Notes: a model not told the origin generated them from the sequence alone. A stretch of DNA of 64,000 nucleotides from Cenarchaeum sp. (GCA_963692915.1 OY843584.1:1152001-1216000); one strand, 5' to 3'. Positions 1 to 11,385 are shown, numbered from the stretch's first letter. Program-made: numbers and translations.

Positions 1-1
1 C

Positions 2-1282
2 GTGGCCGAGGGCGACTATGACCTCGAGACCGAGCTCGCCGAGGTCGAGGGCGGCGATGCGATAAGGATGTACCAGAGGTGGCCGGTTCGCAAGGCGCGG
101 CCATACAAGGATCGCCACAACCCGACGATACCGCTGATCACCGGCCAGCGCGTCATCGACACGTTCTTTCCCATAGTAAAGGGCGGCACGGGCTCGATAC
201 CCGGCGCGTTTGGGACTGGCAAGACAGTCACGCTGCACCAGATAGCAAAGTGGGCCGACTCGCAGGTCGTAGTCTATATCGGGTGCGGCGAGCGCGGCAA
301 CGAGATGACCGAGGTTCTCGTGGAGTTTCCGCACCTAAAGGATCCGCGCACGGGCAAGCCGCTAATGGACAGGACGGTCCTCGTTGCCAACACGAGCAAC
401 ATGCCAGTCGCCGCGCGCGAGGCGAGCATATACACGGGCGTCACGATCGCCGAGTACTATCGCGACATGGGCAACGACGTCGTCCTAGTCGCCGACTCGA
501 CGAGCCGCTGGGCAGAGGCCCTCAGGGAGATGAGCGGCCGACTCGAGGAGATGCCTGCCGAGGAGGGATATCCGTCATACCTGGCCTCGAGGCTAGCCGA
601 GTTCTACGAGAGGGCCGGCCGCGTGCGCGCACTCGGCGGTCCGGACAGGGACGGCTCAGTCACTCTAGTGGGCGCCGTCTCGCCGTCCGGAGGCGACTTT
701 ACAGAGCCCGTGACGACGCACACGATGCGCTTCATCAAGACGTTCTGGGCGCTTGACGCAAAGCTCGCATACTCGCGCCACTATCCGTCGATAAACTGGA
801 TGAACAGCTATTCGGGATACCTCGGCGACATATCGACGTGGTGGGAAAAGGAGGTCAGCGAGGGATGGCCCGCGCTGCGCCAGGAGGCATACGGCATACT
901 CCAGCGCGAGGACACGCTAAAGGAGATAGTCAGGCTGCTCGGCACAGAGGCCCTCCCTGACGAGGAGAAGCTCATACTAGAGATCGCGCGCATGATAAAG
1001 ATAGGCATACTCCAGCAGAACTCCTTTGACGAGGTCGACACCTATTGCAATCCCAAAAAGCAGTACATGCTCCTAAAGATAATGATCGCGTTCTATGAGC
1101 GCAGCAAGCGCGCACTAGTCGACGGGGCCGGCATTGCCGATATCCGATCTCTTCCGGTGATATCGTCGATACTAAAGGCAAGGATGGAGATAAAGGATGA
1201 CGAGATGCCAAAGCTAGAGGCCATCCTTGGGACGATGGAGAAAGAGTTTGAGCAGATTCACACGGGGGCAAAGGCGGCATGA
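2..1282 (+). CDS. atpA: A/V-type ATP synthase subunit A (5'-truncated by window edge)
   Basis: Walker [29 protein letters not shown] and [10 protein letters not shown] motifs. Confidence 0.98.
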   Translation: MAEGDYDLETELAEVEGGDAIRMYQRWPVRKARPYKDRHNPTIPLITGQRVIDTFFPIVKGGTGSIPGAFGTGKTVTLHQIAKWADSQVVVYIGCGERGNEMTEVLVEFPHLKDPRTGKPLMDRTVLVANTSNMPVAAREASIYTGVTIAEYYRDMGNDVVLVADSTSRWAEALREMSGRLEEMPAEEGYPSYLASRLAEFYERAGRVRALGGPDRDGSVTLVGAVSPSGGDFTEPVTTHTMRFIKTFWALDAKLAYSRHYPSINWMNSYSGYLGDISTWWEKEVSEGWPALRQEAYGILQREDTLKEIVRLLGTEALPDEEKLILEIARMIKIGILQQNSFDEVDTYCNPKKQYMLLKIMIAFYERSKRALVDGAGIADIRSLPVISSILKARMEIKDDEMPKLEAILGTMEKEFEQIHTGAKAA

Positions 1283-2664
1283 GCCAGTCCGGCGGCGTCC
1301 AGTACAGCAAGATAGCCGAGATAAAGGGTCCGCTAGTCATAGTCGAAGGTGTCGAGAACGCCGCCTTTGACGAGCTAGTCGAGATAACTGCCGGTGATGA
1401 GCGCAGGCTCGGAAAGGTTCTCGAGGTCGGAAACGGCAAGGCAGTCGTGCAGGTCTTTGAGGGCACGACAGGCCTCTCGGTCGCCGAGACGAGGGCAAAG
1501 TTTGTCGGGCGCGCCATGGAGATGCCCGTCTCGCGCGAGGTTCTGGGCCGCGTCTTTGACGGGCTCGGAAGGCCAAAGGACGGCCTGCCTGATCCCGTAG
1601 CTGACAAGTTTATTGACATTAACGGTGAGCCGATGAACCCCGAGCAGCGCGAGTACCCCAAGGACTTTATCCAGACTGGCGTCTCGGTCATCGACGGGAT
1701 GATCACGCTTGTTCGCGGACAAAAGCTCCCGATATTTTCGGGCTCGGGCATATCGCACAACATACTTGCCGCGCAGATTGCGCGCCAGGCCACGGTGCGC
1801 GGCACGGGCGAGGAGTTTGCCGTAGTCTTTGCTGCAATCGGCGTCCAGTACAGCGAGGCCGAGTACTTTAGAAAGAGCCTCGAGGACTCGGGCGCGCTAA
1901 AGCGCAGCGTCCTGTTCCTAAACCTCGCCGACGATCCCGCAATAGAGCGAATCATCACGCCCCGCGTCGCGCTGACTGTCGCCGAGCACCTGGCATTCGA
2001 GCTGGGCATGCACGTGCTAGTCATACTTACTGACATGACAAACTATGCCGAGGCGCTCAGGGAGATAAGCGCGGCGCGCGAGGAGGTGCCCGGCCGCAAG
2101 GGATACCCCGGATACCTATACACTGACCTCTCGACGATATACGAGAGGGCCGGCAAGCTCAACGGCAAGCAGGGCAGCGTGACGCAGGTGCCCATACTCT
2201 CAATGCCCTCAGATGACATCACGCACCCGATACCCGACCTGACCGGATACATCACGGAGGGCCAGATAGTCCTGGGCCGTGACCTCTTTAGGCAGGGCGT
2301 CTATCCGCCGGTAAACATACTCATGAGCCTGAGCCGCCTGATGAAGGACGGGATCGGCGCAGACCGCACGCGCGATGACCACCAGGAGATATCAAACCAG
2401 AACTATGACGCGTACTCGCGCTCACAGGAGGTTCGCGCGCTCGCCGGCATCGTCGGCAAGGCCGGCCTGACTGACATTGACCTAAAGTACATGGATGTCG
2501 GCGAGGTCTTTGAGAAGGAGTTTTTGAGCCAGGGCGTCGACGAGAACCGCACGATAGAGGAGACGCTGAGCATACTCTGGAAGGTCGTCTCGATGCTCCC
2601 GAGAACCGAGCTCACAAAGGTCAAGGACAAGTTCATCGACGAGCACTACGGCGGGGGAAAGTGA
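1279..2664 (+). CDS. atpB: A/V-type ATP synthase subunit B
   Basis: [25 protein letters not shown] and [15 protein letters not shown] motifs; ATGA overlap with atpA. Confidence 0.98.
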   Translation: MSQSGGVQYSKIAEIKGPLVIVEGVENAAFDELVEITAGDERRLGKVLEVGNGKAVVQVFEGTTGLSVAETRAKFVGRAMEMPVSREVLGRVFDGLGRPKDGLPDPVADKFIDINGEPMNPEQREYPKDFIQTGVSVIDGMITLVRGQKLPIFSGSGISHNILAAQIARQATVRGTGEEFAVVFAAIGVQYSEAEYFRKSLEDSGALKRSVLFLNLADDPAIERIITPRVALTVAEHLAFELGMHVLVILTDMTNYAEALREISAAREEVPGRKGYPGYLYTDLSTIYERAGKLNGKQGSVTQVPILSMPSDDITHPIPDLTGYITEGQIVLGRDLFRQGVYPPVNILMSLSRLMKDGIGADRTRDDHQEISNQNYDAYSRSQEVRALAGIVGKAGLTDIDLKYMDVGEVFEKEFLSQGVDENRTIEETLSILWKVVSMLPRTELTKVKDKFIDEHYGGGK

Positions 2665-2668
2665 CGCA

Positions 2669-3301
2669 ATGTCCTTTGGCCAGAGCGTCGCAGTCACAAA
2701 GATAGAGCTTTTGAAGTACAAGCGCTCAAGCCAGGTCGCAACGATGGTGCAAAAGATACTCGATGACAAGAGAAAGGTCCTCCTAAAGAACATCGAGGAG
2801 ATGATCGACGAGGCGATGAAGGCGCGCGGCGGCATCTGGGAGCCGCTCCAGGACATTTACACGTCAGTCAACGAGTCATACCTCGCGCTAGGCACGCACA
2901 CTGTCGACTCGGTCGCCGAGTCAACGCCGGCCGTCATGGAAGTCGACGTCAGCGTTCGCCGCATAGTTGACGTAAAGGTGCCCACGCTAAACGTCACTGA
3001 AAAGGACACAAAGTCCGCACCCTACGGGTTTGCCGACACAAACGCATCGATGGATCGCGCTACAAAGCAGATAAAGGAGCTCCTCCCGAGAATCTGCAAG
3101 GCCGCCGAGTATGAAAACTCGATATTCAGCCTCGCCAAGGCGCTCGAAAAGACGCAAAAGCTCCTCAACGCCCTAGAGAACGTCATAATCCCGCAGTACC
3201 AGCAGCGCATAAAGTTCATCATGTCGGTTCTCGAGGAGCGCGAGCGCGAAGAGTTTGCCAAGCTCAAAAAGGTAAAGGCGGCAATGGAGAGGCGCAAGTG
3301 A
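2669..3301 (+). CDS. atpD: A/V-type ATP synthase subunit D
   Basis: TKIEL N-terminus, NALENVIIP and LEEREREEF motifs; operon position. Confidence 0.95.
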   Translation: MSFGQSVAVTKIELLKYKRSSQVATMVQKILDDKRKVLLKNIEEMIDEAMKARGGIWEPLQDIYTSVNESYLALGTHTVDSVAESTPAVMEVDVSVRRIVDVKVPTLNVTEKDTKSAPYGFADTNASMDRATKQIKELLPRICKAAEYENSIFSLAKALEKTQKLLNALENVIIPQYQQRIKFIMSVLEEREREEFAKLKKVKAAMERRK

Positions 3302-3303
3302 CC

Positions 3304-3435
3304 ATGGCGCGCGACGCCATAGCGGGGATGCTCGGCGAGGCCGGCAAGGCACTAGAGGCCGAGCACGGCGCGCTGCGCACCGAGATCGAGTCTGGCCTCG
3401 AGGGCCTCAAAAAGAAGGCGCTGTCAGGGGCATGA
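3304..3435 (+). CDS. 43-aa helical protein at end of atp operon (not in ORF track)
   Basis: ATG 3 nt after atpD stop; MARDAIAGMLGEAGKALEAEHGALRTEIESGLEGLKKKALSGA; host-like codons. Confidence 0.6.
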   Translation: MARDAIAGMLGEAGKALEAEHGALRTEIESGLEGLKKKALSGA

Positions 3436-3786
3436 TCGGCGTGCGGCGCACGGAATCGCGTGCCGCAGTCGAGCACCGTCTTTTTATAATGACGGCGGCT
3501 AGTACAGATAGGTTAAAGTACGGTACGCCTAAAAGGCAGGCGTGAGAGTCACGGAGGACACAAGCATCGTCAGATCCTGCCGCAGTTCGATGTGGAACAG
3601 ACTGGCAAGTTGGCAGATTTGGAGAATATCGAGCGTGGGCATTAGACCAACAGCGGAGACGAAGGCGCAATGATGTCAAGACAGGCATCAAATATAACAA
3701 AATGGTCATCGAGAAGTACGAAAACGCCGCACGTAAATCGTTTGACAAACCTCAAGGCCACGCTAGAAAGCGCACACAACAACAAG

Positions 3787-4779
3787 ATGTTTGTAGACAC
3801 GACATCCGTAAAGACTCCAAGAAAGAAACCCACCCACATAGACCTGTTCTCCGGCGCCGGCGGAAACATGGAGGGGTTGAGACAGGCAGGATTTAGCACA
3901 ATATTGTCAGCGGAAATAGATGATGACGCGTCTGACACTATAGAGAGCAATTTTCCCAAGACACGGCACATTAGAGGCGACATTACCAAAGTGCCCAATT
4001 CCCAAATCAAAAAAAACATAGGTAAGAAAAACATCGATGTGCTTTCTGCTGGATTTCCATGCCAGGGATTTTCAATTGCCGGATTTCAGGACATAGATGA
4101 CAAACGCAATATCTTGTATCGAGAAGTGGTAAGATTTGTTCGGTTAGCACAACCAAAGTATGTCGTGCTTGAAAATGTTCCAGGAATAATAAGCATGAAT
4201 GACGGGAAATTTGTTGCTGACATAAAAAGATCATTTACAAAAATTGGATATCCAAATATGTCTGTCCTAATACTCGAGTCAGCCACATATGGCGTACCAC
4301 AAATAAGACCACGAGCAATTTTTATGGCAAACAGACTAGGCAAAAAAAACCCATATCCGCTCCCCATATTATCTCCAGACAATTACAGGCCAATTGAATC
4401 AGCAATTGGAGATCTTGAGAAAAAAAAGAGGGAGAAACGCACCAATCACGAATGGACGGCACACCGACCAGACATGATAAAACGGATAGCGCGTATACCT
4501 CCCGGAGGATCACTCTATGAGACTTATGTAGACTGCGCAAAGCGCCAATATGTAGGAGTTCCCTCAATGACGATAAAAGAAAATCATGGAGGAACTCACA
4601 TACACTACAAGCTTGATCGCATGATCTCGGCAAGAGAGATGGCCAGATTACAGAGTTTCCCAGACAGCTTCAAGTTTTCAGGCAGGATGAAACGAGTCAT
4701 GTGGCAGATTGGGAATGCGGCGCCGCCACTTTTGTTTAAGCACATAGGCAAGTCAATAATCAGCCAAATCAAAACATAG
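3787..4779 (+). CDS. DNA (cytosine-5)-methyltransferase of a type II R-M system
   Basis: DLFSGAGG (I), GFPCQGFS (IV), ENVPG (VI), QIRPR (VIII), REMARLQSFP (IX), IGNAAPP (X); AT-rich; start uncertain (3670-3787). Confidence 0.95.
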   Translation: MFVDTTSVKTPRKKPTHIDLFSGAGGNMEGLRQAGFSTILSAEIDDDASDTIESNFPKTRHIRGDITKVPNSQIKKNIGKKNIDVLSAGFPCQGFSIAGFQDIDDKRNILYREVVRFVRLAQPKYVVLENVPGIISMNDGKFVADIKRSFTKIGYPNMSVLILESATYGVPQIRPRAIFMANRLGKKNPYPLPILSPDNYRPIESAIGDLEKKKREKRTNHEWTAHRPDMIKRIARIPPGGSLYETYVDCAKRQYVGVPSMTIKENHGGTHIHYKLDRMISAREMARLQSFPDSFKFSGRMKRVMWQIGNAAPPLLFKHIGKSIISQIKT

Positions 4780-4786
4780 AAACAAG

Positions 4787-5527
4787 TTAGCGTTCCTTAA
4801 TGAATCGATTGAGTGCGTTACGCCATTTAGCGAAATCATACCATCCACAGCCATGACACCCACGTTCATCAAATTTTGAGAATGAGCCCCAGTTTTCATC
4901 ACCTTTGTAAAAGAACGATATGCCAAATGGCGTACCACGCTTATTGGTCCTAACACATCGTTCACAGGCTCGACTTTTGAGCAGATTAACACTCATGCTG
5001 CTATGAATACCTTTGAACAGTTGAAACCTTTGTTTAATTTGCGCATTAGTCATATCACTCTTATCAATATCTCCATATCCCGGAGGCCATCTTATCATGG
5101 GAAGTTTATGATCAATGGTAAAATCTTTGGGATGTTTTTTCGTTTGATCTATCACATCTCTATATTTACAGCATTTTAAAATTTGTTTTTGTAGCTTTGG
5201 TGATAGACTGCTAGAAGGGTGCTGTAGGACAAATTCTCCAGTCCACCTGTCATGAAAAAATAATTGAGCGCATTTTTTGCAATGACGACGTTCATACTGA
5301 AGTTGCAATCCAGGACGACTGCGCGTACCTTTTTTTAGACCCATAATGCCGCCACTTCCAGCAATCTGACTGCTTCCAATAGAACGATAGGCGTGGTTTC
5401 GACAGTGCCATTTTTTATCACGAAGTATCAGGTATGTTGACTGCAGTTTACTACGTTTCTGAAAAGAGCGCTCATACTCTGATATGCTGACGTCCATCGA
5501 TGAATCCAATAACAAAGCTGGACACAT
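4787..5527 (-). CDS. Putative type II restriction endonuclease, HNH/Zn type (NspI/NspHI-like by recollection)
   Basis: Convergent with the C5 MTase, same AT-rich composition; IDHKLP...NLLKSRACERC HNH-like core; several Cys/His pairs. Confidence 0.75.
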   Translation of the reverse strand: MCPALLLDSSMDVSISEYERSFQKRSKLQSTYLILRDKKWHCRNHAYRSIGSSQIAGSGGIMGLKKGTRSRPGLQLQYERRHCKKCAQLFFHDRWTGEFVLQHPSSSLSPKLQKQILKCCKYRDVIDQTKKHPKDFTIDHKLPMIRWPPGYGDIDKSDMTNAQIKQRFQLFKGIHSSMSVNLLKSRACERCVRTNKRGTPFGISFFYKGDENWGSFSKFDERGCHGCGWYDFAKWRNALNRFIKER

Positions 5528-5818
5528 ATGACCTATTTAAAATAGAGGCCAGTAAAAGACACAGCAGGCGGCAGGATCAGGAAGCAGAGATGTGTCACAG
5601 GGCTCAAGGGGCAAAAGTGATCACTCGTGCCGTAATCAAGAGTGGGCACCAAGCCAGTGCATAGCAAAGACCAAAAGATCGCCCGAATCAACGATTTATT
5701 ACCGTTTCCTCATGAATTCACATGTGCGCGATAGACCCAGTGGGGTCAATACGGCCACGGTGTATGCTCCTGCATGACCAGCATACCTAAATCCATGCCA
5801 TCGTGGGACGGCGGCAGA

Positions 5819-6682
5819 ATGAAGGTCGCCGTCTTTGCAAGCTGCACCGAGGATGAGATCACAGTAGACGGGAGGACGAGCGTGACGCAGGGCGGACCAG
5901 GCACATATTGCAGCATCATGGCGCGCCGGATGCGCGCAGACGTCGAGCTCCACACAAGAATGCCGCCTAGCGCTAGCGCTCGCGGCGTCCTCGAGGAAGA
6001 GGGCATATCGATACACGGCACGCCGGCGTCAAGCATCATGCGCTTTGCGCTTGACGTCCATGGGCGCGAGCGCACGGTTCGCCTCCTTGATGCCGGAGAG
6101 CTCATCGAGTACGCCGGAGGACTGGGAGTCGACGGGGCGATCATAACTCCGGCGTGCGGTGAGATGTCACAAGAGACGTTTGGCGCGATAAAGGCCGACG
6201 CGCCGTTTGTGTTCTTGGATCCGCAAGGGTTCCTCAGGAGAGCCGGCGCAGACGGCGTTATCACGCTGGCGCGCACCGAGATGGACCTGCAGGGCGTCTC
6301 GGCGATAAAGGTAGACGACGACGAGCTGGCCGCGCTCACGGGAGGCAAAAGTGTCGGCGCACTAGCCGACGCCGGAGTCGAGCACGTCCTTCACACGTCC
6401 GGGCCGGACATATTGATGGTGTCAGGAGGCCGCGAGTACCGCCTTAGGCTGCCAAACCGCAGCGTCGCAGACACGACCGGAGTCGGCGACATGTTCTCGG
6501 CGTCCTTTTGCGTCACGATGCTCAAGGAGCGCGACGCGCTGTGGGCGTTCTGCTTTGCGTGCGGGGCCGCGCACGCCGCACTAGACACGGGCGCAACAGG
6601 CACCAAAAAGATCCCCTCGCGGCGCTCAGTCGAGACTAGCGCGGCGTACTTTTACAACACTGTCGAGTTTTCAAGCGCATAG
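5819..6682 (+). CDS. PfkB/ribokinase-family carbohydrate kinase
   Basis: GGPGTY N-terminal signature, LDPQG and DTTGVGD C-terminal signature. Confidence 0.88.
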   Translation: MKVAVFASCTEDEITVDGRTSVTQGGPGTYCSIMARRMRADVELHTRMPPSASARGVLEEEGISIHGTPASSIMRFALDVHGRERTVRLLDAGELIEYAGGLGVDGAIITPACGEMSQETFGAIKADAPFVFLDPQGFLRRAGADGVITLARTEMDLQGVSAIKVDDDELAALTGGKSVGALADAGVEHVLHTSGPDILMVSGGREYRLRLPNRSVADTTGVGDMFSASFCVTMLKERDALWAFCFACGAAHAALDTGATGTKKIPSRRSVETSAAYFYNTVEFSSA

Positions 6683-6703
6683 GTAGTGCGCGCATCGCGG
6701 CGA

Positions 6704-7225
6704 TCACGGAGCCTTTTCTCCGGCATTCCCATGCCGCCTTGCCATGAGGAGGCCGCGCGAGCGCATCGCCTTGCGAAAGAGCACAAACCCAAGGGCCGTC
6801 GTTATCGCGCCAAAGAGTATGTTGGGGAGGCTCGACTCGCCTGCAGACGTGGCCATGAGCGTGAACACTAGTCCCATGAGCATCATGAGCACGCCGAGGC
6901 CGGCGAACGTGACGAGGACTAGGGGCAGCTGCTTAGGAGCCTCGCCGAGTGACTTGTCAGGTATCACGCCCTTCTTTACTGCGTCATGGCACACGTCGCA
7001 ATAGTGGCCCTGCTTTTTGTCGCGCCATGCCGACTTTAGGTAATAGAACTCTAGTTCGCACAGGTCGCATGTCTTTTTTGGCAGCGTGATGCGCGCGTTC
7101 TTGTCAAAGTCATCCCCCAGGTGCAGCATGCACTCCTTGCAATAGTAGCCCGGAACGCGCCACATGCGGTGAAACCTGTATTTTTTGAAGCCGAGCGTGC
7201 GCCCGCAGCCGGCGCATGCGGTCAT
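6704..7225 (-). CDS. Cys-rich (4x CxxC) Zn-finger protein with two C-terminal TM helices
   Basis: CAGC, CKEC, CDLC, CDVC followed by two hydrophobic stretches; ATGA overlap with the dur3 stop. Confidence 0.8.
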   Translation of the reverse strand: MTACAGCGRTLGFKKYRFHRMWRVPGYYCKECMLHLGDDFDKNARITLPKKTCDLCELEFYYLKSAWRDKKQGHYCDVCHDAVKKGVIPDKSLGEAPKQLPLVLVTFAGLGVLMMLMGLVFTLMATSAGESSLPNILFGAITTALGFVLFRKAMRSRGLLMARRHGNAGEKAP

Positions 7226-9219
7226 GCCGATTCTGTGTCAGCGGCAGGCTTGCGTCGGCGCGCGACGCTCGCGATTCCATGCCGCGCCTCGATGAGCGGC
7301 AGGCCGATGATAAAGAACGATGCGATTGACACCCATGCGACAGCAATGCCGACCCACAGGTGGTAGAACGCAATGTCAAAGACATATCCCGAAAAGAATA
7401 GCGGGAGTGGCCATCCGACGATTAGGACGAGCGTCATTATGCCGCCGCCCTTTAGGCTAAACTTGAACGCACGGTTTAGCGAGGCCTCGTCTTGCGCGAG
7501 GGACTTCTCGTGTGCGTCGATCTCTTCTTTTGACATGTCGACGAGCTTTATCTTTTCGCGTATCGATGACCACTCAAAGTCCGTCTTGCGCACGAGGCTC
7601 CCGATTATGGCTATTGCGCCTCCGGTGAGTATGCCCGCAATGTTGCCAAACAGCATCGAATAGTTGTGGCCCAGGCTGTCAAGGGAGACCACACCGCCAT
7701 AGTCTGGCAGCGACGAGGCCACGCCCACCCATGTCGTGAGCGCCACGGCAAGGCCCGCTATGGCGCCGGCCGTGGCGGCGTACTTGTTTGTGCGCTTCCA
7801 GGTTATCGTCAGGGCTATCGGTATGACCGCCGAGCCGATCAGGACGCCCATCGCAAGGTAGACGAAACCCAGGCTCAGGCCCATCCCGAGGAGAATGACG
7901 GCCAAGCCGCCCATCCCGATGCCAAATCCGACTATGGCCGCCCGCGAGACGCGCAATAGCTGCTTGCCTGTCGCGTTGGGGTTCTTGTACGTGCGGTACA
8001 CGTCATACGTGATGAGCGACGAGACGGCGATCAGCTCGGCCGAGCCGGCTGACGTGACTGCCATAAAGAGCATCGTGAGAACCATGATCGCGCCGACCTC
8101 GCCCATGAGCACAGAGGCTGCCGCCGGCACCGTGAGGCCGAGCTGGACCTGCTCGGGCGTGAGGTCGACACCAAGCGCGACGGCAGTGAGCCCCATCGTT
8201 GTTGCGAGCGTAAACGGTATTGCAAACCAGCACAGGCCGCCGAGGAGGAACCCCTTGACAGTCGAGCGCGGCTGCGCGGCGATCGCGCGCTGCCAGTAGG
8301 CCTGGTCCACAAAGACTGTCCCAAAGTTTCCGACAATGTTGATTATTCCGAATATGAGGCCGCCGACTGAGGCCATCGTGAGGTACATGCCTGCGGCGTT
8401 GCCCTCGACGGGGCGAAGCTGTGCGGCCTCGACTAGCTTGTCGTACATTCCCTCTATGCCGCCAGTGATTGGGCTCACAAAGTACACCGTGCCGACAAAT
8501 ATGAGTATGACGATAAATATGATAATCGTGTGCATATAGTCGGCGATAAACGTGGCCTTTAGCCCACCGACGAGCGTGTAGATCATCACGCCAATAGGAA
8601 TTAAAAATGCCGCAAGCGATATGTTCATGCCGGTAAGACCATTGACGACTGCGGCACCGCCGAGAAGGAGCATTGCAGTGACTATCATGTTGGTCATTAG
8701 CGCAAACACGAGAAAGACCCTGTGCGCGCCATCACCAAAGCGTGCGCGTATGATCTCGAGGAACGTGTGCGCGTTGGGAGCCTTGCGCTTTAGCTCTATT
8801 GCAAGGATTCCAAAGAGGAGAACCTGGATTGATGCGCCGGCCGCATACCAGAACGGGCCGCTAACGCCATACTGGTACGCAACAGTTGATGACTGGAGAA
8901 GCGTCGCTGCCCATGTCCACGCCGACACGATTGCTGCGGCCGTGAGGCCAGTCTTTATGACGCGGCCTGCCGTGTTGAACCACTCTGACGTCTGCTTTAC
9001 GCCGAGGTACTTTTCCTCGACCTTTATCTCCAGCGATATGACAACTGCAAAGACCGCACCGAGTCCAACTACGATAAACCAGCCGACTGACTCGTCGAGA
9101 ACCTCGCCGATCTTGAACTCGCCCTCAATGACGCCGGCTCCATAGGCTTCGCCGACACCTAGGGCGGCAGCTGCAAGGGCGGCAATAGAGATTGCTGCAA
9201 GGGGGACCAGTCTTTGCAC
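7222..9219 (-). CDS. dur3: Urea active transporter, DUR3 / sodium:solute symporter family
   Basis: SAWTWAATLLQSS, GNFGTVFVDQAYWQRAIAA and many TM helices; adjacent to urease; GTG start at 9219 chosen because TTTATA lies about 25 nt upstream. Confidence 0.93.
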   Translation of the reverse strand: MQRLVPLAAISIAALAAAALGVGEAYGAGVIEGEFKIGEVLDESVGWFIVVGLGAVFAVVISLEIKVEEKYLGVKQTSEWFNTAGRVIKTGLTAAAIVSAWTWAATLLQSSTVAYQYGVSGPFWYAAGASIQVLLFGILAIELKRKAPNAHTFLEIIRARFGDGAHRVFLVFALMTNMIVTAMLLLGGAAVVNGLTGMNISLAAFLIPIGVMIYTLVGGLKATFIADYMHTIIIFIVILIFVGTVYFVSPITGGIEGMYDKLVEAAQLRPVEGNAAGMYLTMASVGGLIFGIINIVGNFGTVFVDQAYWQRAIAAQPRSTVKGFLLGGLCWFAIPFTLATTMGLTAVALGVDLTPEQVQLGLTVPAAASVLMGEVGAIMVLTMLFMAVTSAGSAELIAVSSLITYDVYRTYKNPNATGKQLLRVSRAAIVGFGIGMGGLAVILLGMGLSLGFVYLAMGVLIGSAVIPIALTITWKRTNKYAATAGAIAGLAVALTTWVGVASSLPDYGGVVSLDSLGHNYSMLFGNIAGILTGGAIAIIGSLVRKTDFEWSSIREKIKLVDMSKEEIDAHEKSLAQDEASLNRAFKFSLKGGGIMTLVLIVGWPLPLFFSGYVFDIAFYHLWVGIAVAWVSIASFFIIGLPLIEARHGIASVARRRKPAADTESA

Positions 9220-9242
9220 TGATTTAATTACGGCATGCTTGG

Positions 9243-9257
9243 CTATAAACATTATAG
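9243..9257. promoter_or_regulatory. dur3 TATA box embedded in a perfect inverted repeat CTATAA-ACA-TTATAG
   Basis: Palindrome seen directly; minus-strand TTTATA about 25 nt from the GTG. Confidence 0.5.
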
Positions 9258-9304
9258 ATAGAATTATAAGGTCAATTGGACATAATAGGCGCGCCAGACA
9301 CGCC

Positions 9305-11014
9305 CTAGAAGAGGCTGTAGAGTCGACCGAGCGGCACGGTTCGCGCAGGCTCGGCGCTGGCGATCCGGCCATCAACGCGCACTTTGTACGTCTCGGCGTT
9401 GACCTCGATCTTTGGCGTCAGCGAGTTGTGAACCATGTCGGCCTTGCCTATCTTGCGGCAGTTGGAGACTGGAACCATTCTCTTTTTCGTGCCAAGCCTT
9501 GACTGGAGGCCAGACTCGTGGGCCGCAGCGGACACAAAGGCTAGCGACGTGGAGCTTCTCGCGCCGCCGAGCGCGCCGAACATCGGACGGTACCTCACCG
9601 GCTCGGTGTTGGGTATAGACGCGTTGGGATCCCCCATGAGCGAATATGCGATGAGGCCACCCTTTATGACGAGCTTTGGCCTGATGCCAAAGAACTGTGG
9701 TGACCACAGGACAATGTCAGCAAGCTTGCCGCGCTCTAGTGATCCTACGTATGAGGATATGCCATGCGCAATTGCTGGATTGATCGTTATCTTTGCGAGA
9801 TAGCGCATTATGCGCGCATTGTCAGCGTTGCCATCACCTGCGAGCGGACCGGTCGCGTCCTTCATCTTGGATGCAGTCTGCCAGTTTCGCACCGTCACCT
9901 CGCCGACTCGACCCATGGCCTGGCTGTCTGAGGACATCATGCTTATTGCACCAATGTCATGGAGGACATCTTCGGCTGCAATCGTCTCTCCACGTATGCG
10001 CGACTCGGCAAACGCGACATCTTCCACCACTGACGGGTTGAGGTGGTGGCAGACCATCATCATGTCAAGGTGTTCGGCAAGCGTGTTTACGGTAAACGGT
10101 CGCGTTGGGTTTGTCGATGACGGCAAGACATTGGGCTCGCCGGCGATCTTGATAATGTCAGGCGCATGTCCCCCGCCGGCGCCTTCTGTGTGGTACGTGT
10201 GTATGGTGCGGCCTGCAATGGCGGCTATTGTGTCATCGACATAGCCGCACTCGTTGAGCGTGTCCGTGTGGATCGCGACCTGCACGTCTGCCTTGTCCGC
10301 AACGCGCAGTGCCGCATCAATAGTTGCCGGAGTCGTGCCCCAGTCCTCATGGAGCTTTAGGCCGCACGCGCCGGCCCGCACCTGTGCCATGAGGGTCTCT
10401 TCGCGCGAGTCGTTGCCCTTTGCGAGAAACCCGACATTCACGGGGAGCGCATCGGCGGCCTCTAGCATCCTGTGTATGTTCCACTCGCCCGGCGTGCACG
10501 TTGTGGCGCACGTCCCGTCAGCCGGCCCTGTCCCTCCGCCGATCATAGTAGTCGTGCCGGCGCATATTGCGTGCGTGGCCTGCTGCGGCGAGACAAAGTG
10601 GATGTGGCTGTCTATTGTGCCCGGCGTGCAGATCGCGTGCTCGCCGGCGATGACCTCCGTGCTAGAGGAGACGACCATGTCAACTGCGTCCATTGTTCCC
10701 GGATTGCCCGCGTTTCCGACGCCGGCGATCAGGCCGTCCTTTATCCCAATGTCGGCCTTTATGATCCCAAGGACGGGATCCATCACGATCGCGTTAGTTA
10801 TGACGAGGTCAAGGGAACCCTCGCGAGGCGTACCGCTAGCCTGACCCATGCCATCGCGCGCGCTCTTGCCACCGCCAAAGACAATCTCGTCACCGTGGCG
10901 CAGCAGATCGCGCTCGACGCTTGCGATGAGCGACGTGTCAGCAAGCCTTATTCTGTCGCCAGCCGTAGGCCCGTAGAGGTCAACGTACCTGTTGCGCGCA
11001 ATCTCAAGCGTCAT
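9305..11014 (-). CDS. ureC: Urease subunit alpha
   Basis: Ni-ligand motifs intact: [44 protein letters not shown]. Confidence 0.99.
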   Translation of the reverse strand: MTLEIARNRYVDLYGPTAGDRIRLADTSLIASVERDLLRHGDEIVFGGGKSARDGMGQASGTPREGSLDLVITNAIVMDPVLGIIKADIGIKDGLIAGVGNAGNPGTMDAVDMVVSSSTEVIAGEHAICTPGTIDSHIHFVSPQQATHAICAGTTTMIGGGTGPADGTCATTCTPGEWNIHRMLEAADALPVNVGFLAKGNDSREETLMAQVRAGACGLKLHEDWGTTPATIDAALRVADKADVQVAIHTDTLNECGYVDDTIAAIAGRTIHTYHTEGAGGGHAPDIIKIAGEPNVLPSSTNPTRPFTVNTLAEHLDMMMVCHHLNPSVVEDVAFAESRIRGETIAAEDVLHDIGAISMMSSDSQAMGRVGEVTVRNWQTASKMKDATGPLAGDGNADNARIMRYLAKITINPAIAHGISSYVGSLERGKLADIVLWSPQFFGIRPKLVIKGGLIAYSLMGDPNASIPNTEPVRYRPMFGALGGARSSTSLAFVSAAAHESGLQSRLGTKKRMVPVSNCRKIGKADMVHNSLTPKIEVNAETYKVRVDGRIASAEPARTVPLGRLYSLF

Positions 11015-11378
11015 GTGTCATGCCCCCAAATCCTGACGCACAGGCGCGCCGCATCGCATCCTCGCGCCGCTCCTCAAGGTCGCCGTTGACGAGTCCAGAG
11101 AACCCCCAGACGGTGCGCGTGCCGCCATACTCGACGAGCTCTACGTCTATCGTCTCGCCAGGCTCAAATCGGATCGACGTGCCGGCCGGTATGTTTAGGT
11201 GCATGCCATATGCGTCAGGACGCGCAAACACTAGTGCCCTGTTTGCCTCAAAAAAGTGCGCGTGCGAGCCGACCTGTATCGGGCGATCACCAGAGTTTGT
11301 GACGGCCATGCGCGTCGTTCTCCTTGACTCGTTGGCGAGTATTGGCTCATCAGATATAATGTACTCTCCCGGTATCAT
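11004..11378 (-). CDS. ureB: Urease subunit beta
   Basis: [20 protein letters not shown] and [12 protein letters not shown] motifs. Confidence 0.98.
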   Translation of the reverse strand: MIPGEYIISDEPILANESRRTTRMAVTNSGDRPIQVGSHAHFFEANRALVFARPDAYGMHLNIPAGTSIRFEPGETIDVELVEYGGTRTVWGFSGLVNGDLEERREDAMRRACASGFGGMTHDA

Positions 11379-11385
11379 ACGCGCA

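Noticed and set aside
79-2036. Long overlapping or antisense ORFs (e.g. 79..756, 972..2036 and many similar across the window)
   Set aside because: Shadow frames of real genes in GC-rich DNA; no motifs, Arg/Ala/Ser-rich
3540-3790. Possible controller or Vsr gene remnant upstream of the MTase
   Set aside because: Only short broken frames; no HTH or Vsr motif recognisable
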